Source: an uncultured Spirochaetaceae bacterium (GTDB taxonomy: Bacteria; Spirochaetota; Spirochaetia; DSM-27196; PWMO01). From it: a stretch of 43,186 nt of DNA. The notes beneath the pieces are model-generated. The model was not told where the DNA came from. It did not search any database and worked only from the letters and a program-made list of their open reading frames with translations. This document shows positions 18,623 to 27,865 of this stretch, piece after piece. Position 1 is the first letter of the stretch, and the number at the start of each line of letters is the position of its first letter. The stretch is from contig CAYPUT010000004.1 in the NCBI GenBank assembly GCA_964413945.1, positions 1 to 43,186 on the forward strand. The letters run 5' to 3'. The translations under genes and the position numbers were made by a program.

Positions 18623-19360
18623 CTACGAACGTGCGACCTGGAGCGGCGTGACGTGCAGATAGAGATCCCAGCCGAAGGAGAGGGTAAGAAGCCCGAGGGA
18701 GACGGCGTTGAGGGTGGTTTTGGCGGTATGGCTGATCGCCGGGGCAAGCGAGACGATGAGCCCTATCATCAAGAAGGCGCAGACTATCTTCGCGAACCCC
18801 TTGTACGCCGGGACGCTTCGCTCCGGCTCCTCCGTAAAGCGGAAAAGAAGGAAGTATCCGTAATGGAAGAGCCCGATCGCGAGAACCCAGTCGGGCATAC
18901 CGAAATAGGCGACCGCGACAAACGAGAGGATAAAGGCGAAAGCGGAATCGGTCTCCATGTCCAATTTGGCGCCGAAGCTCGTCGGTCCGCGACGTCGGGC
19001 AAGGTAGCCGTCCAGGGCGTCCGTCGCCTCGGCGAGGGCCAGAAGCCCGGCGATTGCCCACCGGAGGCTGCCCTCCAGGGAATAGGAGACGAGCTCGAGG
19101 CCCAGAATCCAGGCGAGGGCGGTTAAACCGAGGATCCAGCGGGTCGCCGTAACGGCGTTGCACAGTCGGACCGGATGCCGCCCCGAGAGGACCAGGAGAC
19201 TCAGAGAAATTCCGTCGAAGAACAGGAGCATCGTGACGATGGTAACCCGGTCGACGCCGAGAAGAAACAGCGCCCCGATTGCAACCGTTCCCGCCGATTG
19301 GCCGAGGGCCCAACGTGAATAAAAGCGCCCCCAGGGACGGAAAAAGTCCAAGAAAGCCAT
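18623..19360 (-). CDS. CDP-alcohol phosphatidyltransferase family protein
   Basis: NAVTATR and DALDGYLARRRGPTSFGAKLDMETD (DxxDGxxAR...GxxLDxxxD); TM helices. Confidence 0.92.
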   Translation of the reverse strand: MAFLDFFRPWGRFYSRWALGQSAGTVAIGALFLLGVDRVTIVTMLLFFDGISLSLLVLSGRHPVRLCNAVTATRWILGLTALAWILGLELVSYSLEGSLRWAIAGLLALAEATDALDGYLARRRGPTSFGAKLDMETDSAFAFILSFVAVAYFGMPDWVLAIGLFHYGYFLLFRFTEEPERSVPAYKGFAKIVCAFLMIGLIVSLAPAISHTAKTTLNAVSLGLLTLSFGWDLYLHVTPLQVARS

Positions 19361-19370
19361 GATTCGTTAA

Positions 19371-19399
19371 AGAATAGTTAAGATTTACGTCAGAAACAA
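19371..19399 (-). promoter_or_regulatory. Promoter for CDP-alcohol phosphotransferase (very short leader)
   Basis: TTGTTT-N17-TATTCT-N10-ATG in an AT-rich gap; no SD. Confidence 0.5.
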
Positions 19400-19400
19400 G

Positions 19401-22400
19401 TTAATCAAGGTCCGCCGGGATCTCCCCCGGGGCCACTTCTACGAAGCGCCGGGCCCGAACGTAGTAGAGCCACCCGGTGGCCCGGCGTCCGAAGAGCTCC
19501 TGTGCCGCCTGACAGTAGAGAGCTATCTGCAAGCCGTGCCGCTCCGGGAGCAGCGTGCGGTCGGTCTTGAAGTCGATAATCCGTACTTCCTCCGGAAAGA
19601 GCAGGAGGAGGTCGATCTTCCCCCGGACGAGGAGGGGGCCATCGGGATCCGACCTTCGAAGGAGGAAGGGGGTCTCGCTCCGGATTTCCGGGCCCCCGGG
19701 GAACCGCAGGCCAAGCTCCGGTGCGGCCTCTAGAAACCCCTCGACCACCTCCCGGGCGGCGTCGAAGAGACGCCGGGCGTCGGCCGGAGACTCCATGGCG
19801 CCGAGCTCCGGGACCCCGAGGGCACTCGCGTCTTCCGGAACCTGCCCGGACCGTAGAAGCAGCTCGATAAGGCGGTGGACGACCTCCCCGAAGAGGGCTT
19901 CCCGCCGTCCCTCGGTTAAGAGCTCGTCTATCGGCAAGCCGGGGAGAATCTCGGCTTTCTTGGGATCGACGGGCGGTCTCCCATCGGTCCCGGCGAGGCG
20001 ACGCTCCCAGTGTCGATCCGAAAGCTCGGTGGCAGTCACGTCCCGGGAGACGAAGCTGCGCCTCGGCCGGACCATCGGAGCCATCCGCCGGGCAAGTTCT
20101 CCCACGGAGAGTATTCCCTCCCGCCGGTGGGGCTCCAGGGCCCGGGGAACCCGGGGCAACCGCTCGAGGGAAAAGAGACCCTCGGGATCGATAATTCGGT
20201 CCTCTCCGGAGCTCCATTCGGGCCCCCCGGGAAAACCCATCGCTTCGAGGAGGATTCCCAGAAGGCTGCTCTCCTTGGGGCGGTCCCGCTTAGAGAAGCG
20301 GCCGCTCACGATAAGCAGGTCCTCCCCCCGGGTGCAGGCGACGTAGAGGAGGCGCCGCAGCTCCTCCCGGCCGAGCTCGGTCGACTCCTTCGAAGCCGCC
20401 CGTCCCAAGGCGTGGGTGTGCCGCTCGCCCCCGGCGGCGGCGTTAATGACGATACCGTGGGCCTCGGTAAGGTAGGCGGGGTCTTCCCCCGGCCGGTCGG
20501 AGCGCCCCTTGTTCGACGCGTCGGCCAGGACGACTACCGGAAACTCGAGTCCCTTGGCCTGGTGGATCGACATCAGCTGAAGCCCCTCGGCGGACCGCCG
20601 GGGCGCCTGGAGCTCGGACATCCGCCGATACTCCCCGAGATGGTCCCCCAGGCGGAGAAGAAAGTCCGGGAGACCTTCCGCCGGCTTCAAGAGGCAGAAG
20701 CTGTAGAGGTAGTCGTAGTGCTCCAGGTAGCTCCGCCCCCGGGCGCTCCGGGCGTAGTGATACCGGTACCCGTAGCGGTACCAGATGGTCTCGAGGAGCT
20801 CCGACGGCGAAGCGGTTTTCGCGTGCTCCCGGAGACCGTCGTAGAGGCGCCCCCCGGCAGCGTACCGCCTCTCGTCTTCCGTCGCGAGGGAGAGGGGGGC
20901 AAAGGGTGCCTCCCGGCGGCTGAGGACCTCTACGAAGCCCGGATCCGAAAGCCCCACGAGGGGAGAGCGGAGGAGCGTGGCGTAGGCGAGGCGGTCCTCG
21001 GGATAGAGGAGGAGACGCAAAAGCGCGTAGAAGTCCGATACGATAGCCTCGCTAAAGAGACCCCGGAGAGTTCGCGACTGATAGGGTATGCGAAAGTGGC
21101 GGAACATCCGCTCGAAGGCGTTTTGGTTCGAGGTCGAGCGCATCAGGACCGCGACATCCTCGTAGCTGTAGTCGCTTCCCTCGACGAGCTCCCGGATTTT
21201 CCGAGCGACGTGGTACGCCTCGCTTTCCGTGGCGTCGAGAAGCTCCGAGTCGGAGAGCTCGGGGGAACCCGTATCGTCCCCGTCGTGGAGGAGCACCCGG
21301 ACACTCCCGGGGTTGACCCCCTGACGAGAGACTCCGATTGCCCCGAAGCTCTCGAGAAGCCCGGCGAACACCCCGGGGAACACGCGGTTGTAGAAGCGAA
21401 TAAGACTCTCGGCGCTCCGGTAGTTCGTCGGAAGGACCACCGAAGTTCCGCCCCGCTGCCTGAAGTCCTCGGTGACCTCCTGGAACAGAGAGACATCGGC
21501 CCCCCGAAAGCGGTAGATCGACTGCTTGTCGTCCCCGACGAGGAAGAGGCGGATGTCGGCGCCGGCTTTCCGCCCGCCGGAGGAGGCTTCGGCCCGGGTG
21601 CCGGGGTCCGGCCCGGGGCCGTCGGTGTCCAATCCCGCCAGGCGGTAGATCAACTCTTTCTGGGTCGGATTGTTGTCCTGGAACTCGTCCACGAGGATGT
21701 GCCGGAGGCGCTTCCGGTAGGAGTCGAGGAGGTCGGGAACATCTTGGAGGAGGCGCATCGCCCCGTGGACCACGTCGGCGTAGCCGAGAACGCCGGTGCT
21801 TCGCTTCCACCGGAGTACCTCCTGCTGGTACTCCTCGAGGACGCCGAAGAGACTCTCGATATCCTCCGAAAGACCAAGCGTTTCGAGATACTCCTTGGCC
21901 TGGTCGGCCGCCACCCGAAGTCCGTCCACGATTTCCCGGTACTCCGCCGCCTCCGGCGCCTTTGCGGTCCCCCCCGGCTTGGCGAGGGCCCGGAGGGCGT
22001 CTAATCGCTCCGGCAGCTCCCCGGTCGACATTCCCGGCCAATCTTCCCCGGCAAGCGCGCCGACGGTTTCCCGGTCCCCCGAGGCCTTGATGTTTTTCGG
22101 AAGCTCGATCCGGGAGAGCGCTTCGAGAAGGGACGCGATCTTCGAGAGGCCGGCGGCAAGCTCCGCTTCCAGGAGCCTCCGCTGGGTGTCTCGCATGGCG
22201 AACAGATCGACCCGGTGCCCGAGATAGAAGGCGTCCCGAAGCCGCCGGAGAAGGAAGTCCCGGACTACCGCGGAAAACCCGTAGGCCGCCACCAAGCGCC
22301 CGAGGGCGGGGTTATCGAGGCGTTCGAGAAGAAAGCGGGCCGTCTGGGGATAGGAGCCCTCGACGACGGCCTCGTCGTCGACGACGAAATCCGGGGTCAC

Positions 22401-22733
22401 CCCGAGGACCGCCGAGGAGCTTCGCAGGATCTCGCCGCAGAGGCTGTCGAAGGTCTTTATCTGGGCGTTCTCGAAATTCGCCAACTGCTTTCGAATGTGG
22501 GTGTCGCCGTAGTACTCCTGAAGGCGCAAGAATATGCGCTCCCGCATCTCGGTTGCCGCCTTCCGGGTAAAGGTGACCGCTAAGACCTCTTCGATGCCGC
22601 ACCCCTTTTCCTTTAACAGACGGATGTACCGCTCGACAAGGACCCGGGTTTTCCCGGAACCCGCCCCGGCGGAAACGACCGCGTGGTCCCCCGTGGCGAC
22701 GGCGACGGACTGGTCAGGATCGAGGTGAATCAT
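19401..22733 (-). CDS. AddA-like UvrD helicase with C-terminal PD-(D/E)XK nuclease
   Basis: AGAGSGKT, TFTRKAA.EM, VDEFQDNN, VGDDKQSIYRFRGA, NYRS, SIHQAKGLEF, LLYVACTR; nuclease GKIDLL..IIDFKT..QIALY. Confidence 0.93.
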   Translation of the reverse strand: MIHLDPDQSVAVATGDHAVVSAGAGSGKTRVLVERYIRLLKEKGCGIEEVLAVTFTRKAATEMRERIFLRLQEYYGDTHIRKQLANFENAQIKTFDSLCGEILRSSSAVLGVTPDFVVDDEAVVEGSYPQTARFLLERLDNPALGRLVAAYGFSAVVRDFLLRRLRDAFYLGHRVDLFAMRDTQRRLLEAELAAGLSKIASLLEALSRIELPKNIKASGDRETVGALAGEDWPGMSTGELPERLDALRALAKPGGTAKAPEAAEYREIVDGLRVAADQAKEYLETLGLSEDIESLFGVLEEYQQEVLRWKRSTGVLGYADVVHGAMRLLQDVPDLLDSYRKRLRHILVDEFQDNNPTQKELIYRLAGLDTDGPGPDPGTRAEASSGGRKAGADIRLFLVGDDKQSIYRFRGADVSLFQEVTEDFRQRGGTSVVLPTNYRSAESLIRFYNRVFPGVFAGLLESFGAIGVSRQGVNPGSVRVLLHDGDDTGSPELSDSELLDATESEAYHVARKIRELVEGSDYSYEDVAVLMRSTSNQNAFERMFRHFRIPYQSRTLRGLFSEAIVSDFYALLRLLLYPEDRLAYATLLRSPLVGLSDPGFVEVLSRREAPFAPLSLATEDERRYAAGGRLYDGLREHAKTASPSELLETIWYRYGYRYHYARSARGRSYLEHYDYLYSFCLLKPAEGLPDFLLRLGDHLGEYRRMSELQAPRRSAEGLQLMSIHQAKGLEFPVVVLADASNKGRSDRPGEDPAYLTEAHGIVINAAAGGERHTHALGRAASKESTELGREELRRLLYVACTRGEDLLIVSGRFSKRDRPKESSLLGILLEAMGFPGGPEWSSGEDRIIDPEGLFSLERLPRVPRALEPHRREGILSVGELARRMAPMVRPRRSFVSRDVTATELSDRHWERRLAGTDGRPPVDPKKAEILPGLPIDELLTEGRREALFGEVVHRLIELLLRSGQVPEDASALGVPELGAMESPADARRLFDAAREVVEGFLEAAPELGLRFPGGPEIRSETPFLLRRSDPDGPLLVRGKIDLLLLFPEEVRIIDFKTDRTLLPERHGLQIALYCQAAQELFGRRATGWLYYVRARRFVEVAPGEIPADLD

Positions 22734-25470
22734 AGTGCTCCTCGGAAACGAACTTTGCCCGGCAGACGCCCCGGAACGCGCAGGAGCCGCACCCCCGCCG
22801 CTGATTTGGAATAGCCAGGGCCCCCGACCGGAGGCGCCGTTGCACCTCTTCCACCAGAACCTCGAGGGCTCCTATCACCCGGTCGCCGCCCGGTTCCTCC
22901 TCCTCGTCGAAGAGCACCTTTCCGTCGTCCCCCGCCCGGAGGGAGAAGAACTGCCCCCGAAGAACCCGCCCCCCGCCGGCCCGAACCAAGAGGAGGTAAA
23001 CCGGGAGTTGGACGTCCATCTTCCCACCGTCCCACCCGTCGTTGACGAGGGCGACGATCTCTTCCGGGGGTAAGGTGGTCCATTTGAGGGCGTTTACCCC
23101 GGGTTTGGTTCCCCGCTTGAAGTCGATTATCGCGAGGTCCTCCGACTCCTCAGAACCGGCGAGGGCGACTCCAAGGTCTATCTTTCCCCGGACGAGGACC
23201 CCCGGAATCGGGGAAGCGGAGAGGGAAGCCTCGACGAGAGCCGGGGTCCCACCGCCGAACTCCCGGGCCTCCCACCCGAGGAGCCGGAGAAGTTGGGGAC
23301 CGAGCCGGTGCTCGAGGGTCTCGGCGAGGAGCGACGGCGCCGGGAGGTTCCGGCGGCCCCATCCCCGGATTATCCCGGAGAGGCGGGCCCGGAGCTCCTC
23401 TTCGGATACCGCCGAAAGGGAGCCGAATCGTCCGCCGGTATCCCGGAGCTCTTGGTGGATCTCCCGGAGCGTTTCGTGGATCAGGTTCCCCTCGTCGAGG
23501 GGGGTCATGGCCTCCGGGACCGCCTGAGGATCAGAATCTTCGAGACCGAGGAGGTAGGAGAGGAGGTAGCGCTGGGGACAAGAGAGATAGCTTACCAAGC
23601 GCGAGGCGCTCAAGAGGAGCGCTCCCTCGTCGGAATAGAGCCGGTCCCCGAGGGCCGAGAGCAACAGCTCCTCCGGGAGATCCCCACCGGGTGCCGGGGC
23701 CCCCTCGGTCTCGCCGTACCGGACCATCCCCTCCCACCGGAGGGGCCGGATCTGTTGCGGCGGCGGGGCCCCGGGGTCCCGGGAGAAGAGCGCCTCGTCG
23801 AGGTTGTCGGGCTCCGCCGCATCCGGGGCGGTTACCTGGTCCGGGGAATACCAATCGGGGCTCATCTGTCGCTCGGTAATCCCCTCCTCGGCACCGCTGA
23901 TTCGCACGACGCTCCCGGAGAGGGCGTAGCACCGGAGAAAGTCGTCGGAGAAGGAGACCGGATCGAGGAACAGCCGGGCCTTCTGGTCCCCCCGGAGCCC
24001 CGGGAGTGGATCGATGGTAACCCGGGTGGAACCGTGGTGCGCGTTCGGAACAAAGTGGTACGCCGGGAGGAGCCCGGCGCTGACACGGTAGTCGTAGACC
24101 GGAACGCCGACGACATCGCTCTGAGAAACATAGGTGGTTCCCCGGAGGGTGCTTCCCCAGACGCCGAAGGGGTCGGCAACCTCGATTCCGGTCTGAGCCT
24201 GCGCCTCCACGAGTCCCCCGAGAAGCTCGAGGGCCCGCTCCAAAGCGGGGGCCGCCTCCTGGGGCCAAGCATCCCGGTCGATGTAGCCGTTGAGGAGCCG
24301 GAAGATCGCCCCTCGAAGGGCTCCGAGGTCCGGGGCACGGCGAACCTCGGTCACTATGCGGAAAAGCCGCCGGGCGGACCCGACGACTTCCCGGGGCGCC
24401 TTCCGGCGCCGAAAGCCGTCGCTCCAGAAGTCGAGGGGAGACCCCTCCGGGCCGAAGCGCCCGAGGGAACGTCCCTCCCGGCCGGTGGCGACGATCGTAG
24501 AGACCGAGAGATCCCGCCGCCAGGGTATGCTCGGTTCCATCAGGAGCGCTTCCACCCGGGTCAGCTCCAGGTCGCTGTCCACCGCCTGCTGCAGGAGACC
24601 AAAGAGCCGCGACCCGGGGAACTCCGAAAGGGGGCGGCCCCGGCGGGGAACGAGGGGAACGTCGACGAGCCGGCACTCCCGCTCCAGATAGGGAAAGGCG
24701 TCGTTCCACCCGGGAAGCGTAACCGCCAGATCCCCGGGGTGGACGCCGGCGTCGAGAAGCGCCGAGAGCCTCCGGGCGACGTCCCGGAGCTCCCCGAGGG
24801 CCGTAGGAAAGCGCAGGTAGCGAGGCGTCTCGGCCTCGGAGAGGTCCCGGAGGCGCACGATGTGGAGCCCCTCGGTGCCCTCGAGAAAGGGTTGAAACCG
24901 GGGAAAGTCCTCCAGAAGCTCCGGGAAAAAGAGCGCCGTACTCTCTGCGAGAGTACCCTTGGACGGCAGGAGCCAGCTCGGCTCGAAGAGACCGTGGCTA
25001 TCGAGGAAGCTCTGGTACTCCCTGCGGAGGCGAAGCAGATCCCGGATAGCCGGATCGGGCTCCCGTTCCAGAGCACCGGATGGGGGCCCCGGGAGCCTCG
25101 GGAGGGCCGGCAGGAAGCGCAGAAGGGAGTCCGCCATTCCGGCGGCACCGTCGGTAATCTCCGGGTGCACCAGCCGCTCGAAGAGCGTCGTGTCGCAGTG
25201 GCGGCGAATCAGGTCGAGGGCAAAGAGCCGCCGGAAGGCCCGGTTTACCGGACGCCGCTCGGTCTGCAGGCCAAAGGTCCCCTCCTTAAAGCGGTCCCAG
25301 GAGATAAGACGATCCTCGAGGAGGGCCCTACGCTCGCCGGCAAGGAGGAGGCGCCTGCGCCAATCGCCGGCGACGACTTCCGACGGCGCGACGACTACTC
25401 TTCCGGCGTCGATGTGAGAAAGGAGTGTCGTCAGAATAGTGCTAATCGTTTCCCCCCCGAGCGTTATCAA
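22714..25470 (-). CDS. AddB-like PD-(D/E)XK nuclease subunit with Fe-S cysteines
   Basis: LSASRL.SYLSCP, GNLIHE, RGKIDL..IIDFK, QLPVY, CGSCAFRGVC. No Walker A. Overlaps the AddA-like start. Start uncertain (TTG 25470 or ATT 25446). Confidence 0.88.
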   Translation of the reverse strand: MITLGGETISTILTTLLSHIDAGRVVVAPSEVVAGDWRRRLLLAGERRALLEDRLISWDRFKEGTFGLQTERRPVNRAFRRLFALDLIRRHCDTTLFERLVHPEITDGAAGMADSLLRFLPALPRLPGPPSGALEREPDPAIRDLLRLRREYQSFLDSHGLFEPSWLLPSKGTLAESTALFFPELLEDFPRFQPFLEGTEGLHIVRLRDLSEAETPRYLRFPTALGELRDVARRLSALLDAGVHPGDLAVTLPGWNDAFPYLERECRLVDVPLVPRRGRPLSEFPGSRLFGLLQQAVDSDLELTRVEALLMEPSIPWRRDLSVSTIVATGREGRSLGRFGPEGSPLDFWSDGFRRRKAPREVVGSARRLFRIVTEVRRAPDLGALRGAIFRLLNGYIDRDAWPQEAAPALERALELLGGLVEAQAQTGIEVADPFGVWGSTLRGTTYVSQSDVVGVPVYDYRVSAGLLPAYHFVPNAHHGSTRVTIDPLPGLRGDQKARLFLDPVSFSDDFLRCYALSGSVVRISGAEEGITERQMSPDWYSPDQVTAPDAAEPDNLDEALFSRDPGAPPPQQIRPLRWEGMVRYGETEGAPAPGGDLPEELLLSALGDRLYSDEGALLLSASRLVSYLSCPQRYLLSYLLGLEDSDPQAVPEAMTPLDEGNLIHETLREIHQELRDTGGRFGSLSAVSEEELRARLSGIIRGWGRRNLPAPSLLAETLEHRLGPQLLRLLGWEAREFGGGTPALVEASLSASPIPGVLVRGKIDLGVALAGSEESEDLAIIDFKRGTKPGVNALKWTTLPPEEIVALVNDGWDGGKMDVQLPVYLLLVRAGGGRVLRGQFFSLRAGDDGKVLFDEEEEPGGDRVIGALEVLVEEVQRRLRSGALAIPNQRRGCGSCAFRGVCRAKFVSEEHYDSPRS

Positions 25471-25509
25471 GCCTACCGTTTATGCCGAGAAAAAGGTAGG
25501 GAGTACGAG

Positions 25510-25731
25510 ATGAAACGAGGAACGCGCTACCAGGTAAGAGGCATCAAGGGGCTCAATACCGTCTTGCAGATTACCGAGACTCACGCCGAAGGCTATCGAA
25601 TTCGGATTACCAGCGTCTCCGAGGGAAATGAAAAGACCTCCGAGGAGTTCATAACCCGCCACCTCCTCGAGACCTGTGTTCGCACCGGGTATCTCCAGCC
25701 GGTTGCCGAAGCGGTACCCATAGCCAGCTAA
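25510..25731 (+). CDS. Small hypothetical protein (73 aa)
   Basis: MKRGTRYQVRGIKG...FITRHLLETCVRTGYLQPV...; SD GGGAG before ATG 25510. Hidden as the tail of the 812-aa shadow ORF. Confidence 0.7.
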   Translation: MKRGTRYQVRGIKGLNTVLQITETHAEGYRIRITSVSEGNEKTSEEFITRHLLETCVRTGYLQPVAEAVPIAS

Positions 25732-26000
25732 GCCTTTTTCTTGCCGACCCGGTACTTTTTCCAGGGGATGTCCGTCCAACGATACCGCGACATCTTCCGG
25801 ACCACCTCCTCGGGTCCCCAGAACCGCACCTTGCCGTCCGCCCGGCGGAGACAGAGGACCACCGGGGTTCCCCGAAAGTAGAACTCGACCGCCTTCTTTA
25901 CCTTTTCCCGCTCCACGGGGTCCTCGAAGATCCGGGGAGACACCCTGACGAGCCAGCATCCGAAGTCCCGTTCCTTTACGTACGCACCGACAAACTCCAT
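25728..26000 (-). CDS. Small hypothetical protein (90 aa)
   Basis: ATG start with TATGAT 8 nt upstream; globular alpha/beta-like composition ending IPWKKY; fills the gap before the tRNA. Confidence 0.7.
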   Translation of the reverse strand: MEFVGAYVKERDFGCWLVRVSPRIFEDPVEREKVKKAVEFYFRGTPVVLCLRRADGKVRFWGPEEVVRKMSRYRWTDIPWKKYRVGKKKA

Positions 26001-26043
26001 GTGCCCCTATCATAATGGTTGCGCCTCGATAGGTGTGTTATGA

Positions 26044-26073
26044 TTGACAAAGTAGCAGCATGATACGTATTCT
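26044..26073 (+). promoter_or_regulatory. Sigma70 promoter for tRNA-Ala
   Basis: TTGACA-N18-TATTCT, 15 nt upstream of the tRNA. Confidence 0.7.
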
Positions 26074-26088
26074 TAGTTTCCATTCCGT

Positions 26089-26162
<74 letters not shown>

Positions 26163-26179
26163 CAACCTCTTAACCCGGT

Positions 26180-27832
26180 ATGGCTGAAGAAACTCGCGAC
26201 AACCAAACCAACTCCTACGCCGGTGATATGGATCCCGAAGTTGCGGAGCTTATCGGTATCGACGATACCGAGGGCGACGACGTTCCGGACTTTGGGGATC
26301 TCTTCGACGAACCCGGCTACGAGGCGGATACCTCCGAGACCGAAGCTCCCGATTTCTCCTTGCGGGGGTTCACCGTACCCAAGGAGTTCGAGGAGCAGGC
26401 AAAGCCCTTCTTCAACGATAAGAACTATTACAAGAAGGTCCTGACCGGCGAGGGTGACATTTCCAGCCGGCTCCACGGTATTCTCGGCGCCTTTTTGAAC
26501 GCGAAGGACAGCCAAGACCGCTCCCTCTACCGGGGCCGAATTATCCCGGCGTACTGGGAGCTTGCAGCTCACGTAGCGGGAAACATCGGACAGGATCTCC
26601 CCGTTCCGAAGATCGTGATGCTCCGCTTTGCCGTTCTCCTTCCTACGCTCCTCTCGACGGAACAGCGGCAGATGTTCTCCAAGATTATTTGGGAGAACAA
26701 GAGTGGGGAACCGTTCTACTACGTCGACGAATGGCTGAAAGAGGTCGCCCGGGGACGGGTAAACCCGTCGGCGGTGGACGAGACCAAAACCGCCGGGAAG
26801 AACGCCGCGCAGAAGGTCAACGCGATCATGGAGAAGACCCGGGGGCGGCACCAGGCACAGCTCGCCTTGGTAAAGAACCGCGCCCAGGAGCTTCAGGACC
26901 AGGAGGAGCTGCTCCAGGAGAAGGTGGGTCTTCTCGTCGATCACGAGCGCCTCGAGCAGCACGGGGGGCTTATCTCTCCCTACAACGACAGCCAGCGGGG
27001 GGCCTTCTCGGAGATTAGCGGGATTCTGCGCCGGTTGAGCAATCTAGACAAGGATCTCGCCCGGCAGTACCGGGAGCTCGACGAGATCGAAGAACAGCTC
27101 GATGGCCTGAAGGACAAGGAATCGGAGCTCGGCGACGCGATCGTGGATCGAAAGACCGTGGTCAACGAGCTGAACACCGTCCGCCAGATGGCAAAGATGT
27201 GCGTCGGGCGGCAGGGGAACCACTTCCCGGTCCTGATGAAGCAGTACCTCCGGGGCACCCTCATGGACATCGGGACCCGGGAGAACGTGATCAAGATTAT
27301 GGCGGAGGTCGAGCGCCTCGATCCGGGTATCTTTCTGCGAACCTTCAAGATGCAGACGAACCGGATCGTTCCGAACGTCGTGCTGGTTCCCTGTTACGGC
27401 GACTCGGGCATCTGTTGGGAGCCCTTCGAGCGCTTCAGCCGGGCGACGAGCCGGGGGCGCCTCGCGGTACCGATGTACCCCAAGGATCTCAAAGCCGCGG
27501 TTATCGCGTCCCTCGCGGACCTTCGGTGGCAGGTTGCCAAGGAAAAGGCGCAGCACTACTGGATGGAAGAGGGGCTGACCGGCTGGTACTATCAGTGGTT
27601 CACCGACAACAAGATGAAAGGGGACGTCAAGGACGCCTTCGTCCAGGACTACATTCTCTGGATTACCAAGGAAAGCGAAGGAACCCAGAAATTGGACCGG
27701 GATATCCGGGACATCTTCTGGCGCTACATCCCCTTCCCCCAAGGGACCAAGGACCAACTGAAGAACCGGGGGTTCGTCTACAACGAGCTGTACAAGAAGG
27801 ACCAGAACCGGGCGATGTCCGACGGCTACTAA
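26180..27832 (+). CDS. Hypothetical protein (acidic N-terminus, central coiled coil, aromatic-rich C-terminal domain)
   Basis: Long ORF with host-like codon usage; heptad-rich middle region; no family I can name with certainty. Confidence 0.88.
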   Translation: MAEETRDNQTNSYAGDMDPEVAELIGIDDTEGDDVPDFGDLFDEPGYEADTSETEAPDFSLRGFTVPKEFEEQAKPFFNDKNYYKKVLTGEGDISSRLHGILGAFLNAKDSQDRSLYRGRIIPAYWELAAHVAGNIGQDLPVPKIVMLRFAVLLPTLLSTEQRQMFSKIIWENKSGEPFYYVDEWLKEVARGRVNPSAVDETKTAGKNAAQKVNAIMEKTRGRHQAQLALVKNRAQELQDQEELLQEKVGLLVDHERLEQHGGLISPYNDSQRGAFSEISGILRRLSNLDKDLARQYRELDEIEEQLDGLKDKESELGDAIVDRKTVVNELNTVRQMAKMCVGRQGNHFPVLMKQYLRGTLMDIGTRENVIKIMAEVERLDPGIFLRTFKMQTNRIVPNVVLVPCYGDSGICWEPFERFSRATSRGRLAVPMYPKDLKAAVIASLADLRWQVAKEKAQHYWMEEGLTGWYYQWFTDNKMKGDVKDAFVQDYILWITKESEGTQKLDRDIRDIFWRYIPFPQGTKDQLKNRGFVYNELYKKDQNRAMSDGY

Positions 27833-27865
27833 GCCCCGGACGCCCGCGCCGGCTCGCCGCCGGCC

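Noticed and set aside
19401-25470. Helicase plus nuclease pair as a novel anti-phage defence system
   Set aside because: Domain order, Fe-S cysteines and operon arrangement match housekeeping AddAB-type recombination enzymes.
23293-25509. 812-aa plus-strand ORF, and other long antisense ORFs such as 20010-22004, 38484-40214 and 30689-32080
   Set aside because: Shadow frames opposite well-supported genes in high-GC DNA with no motifs; only the last 73 codons (25510-25731) look like a real gene.
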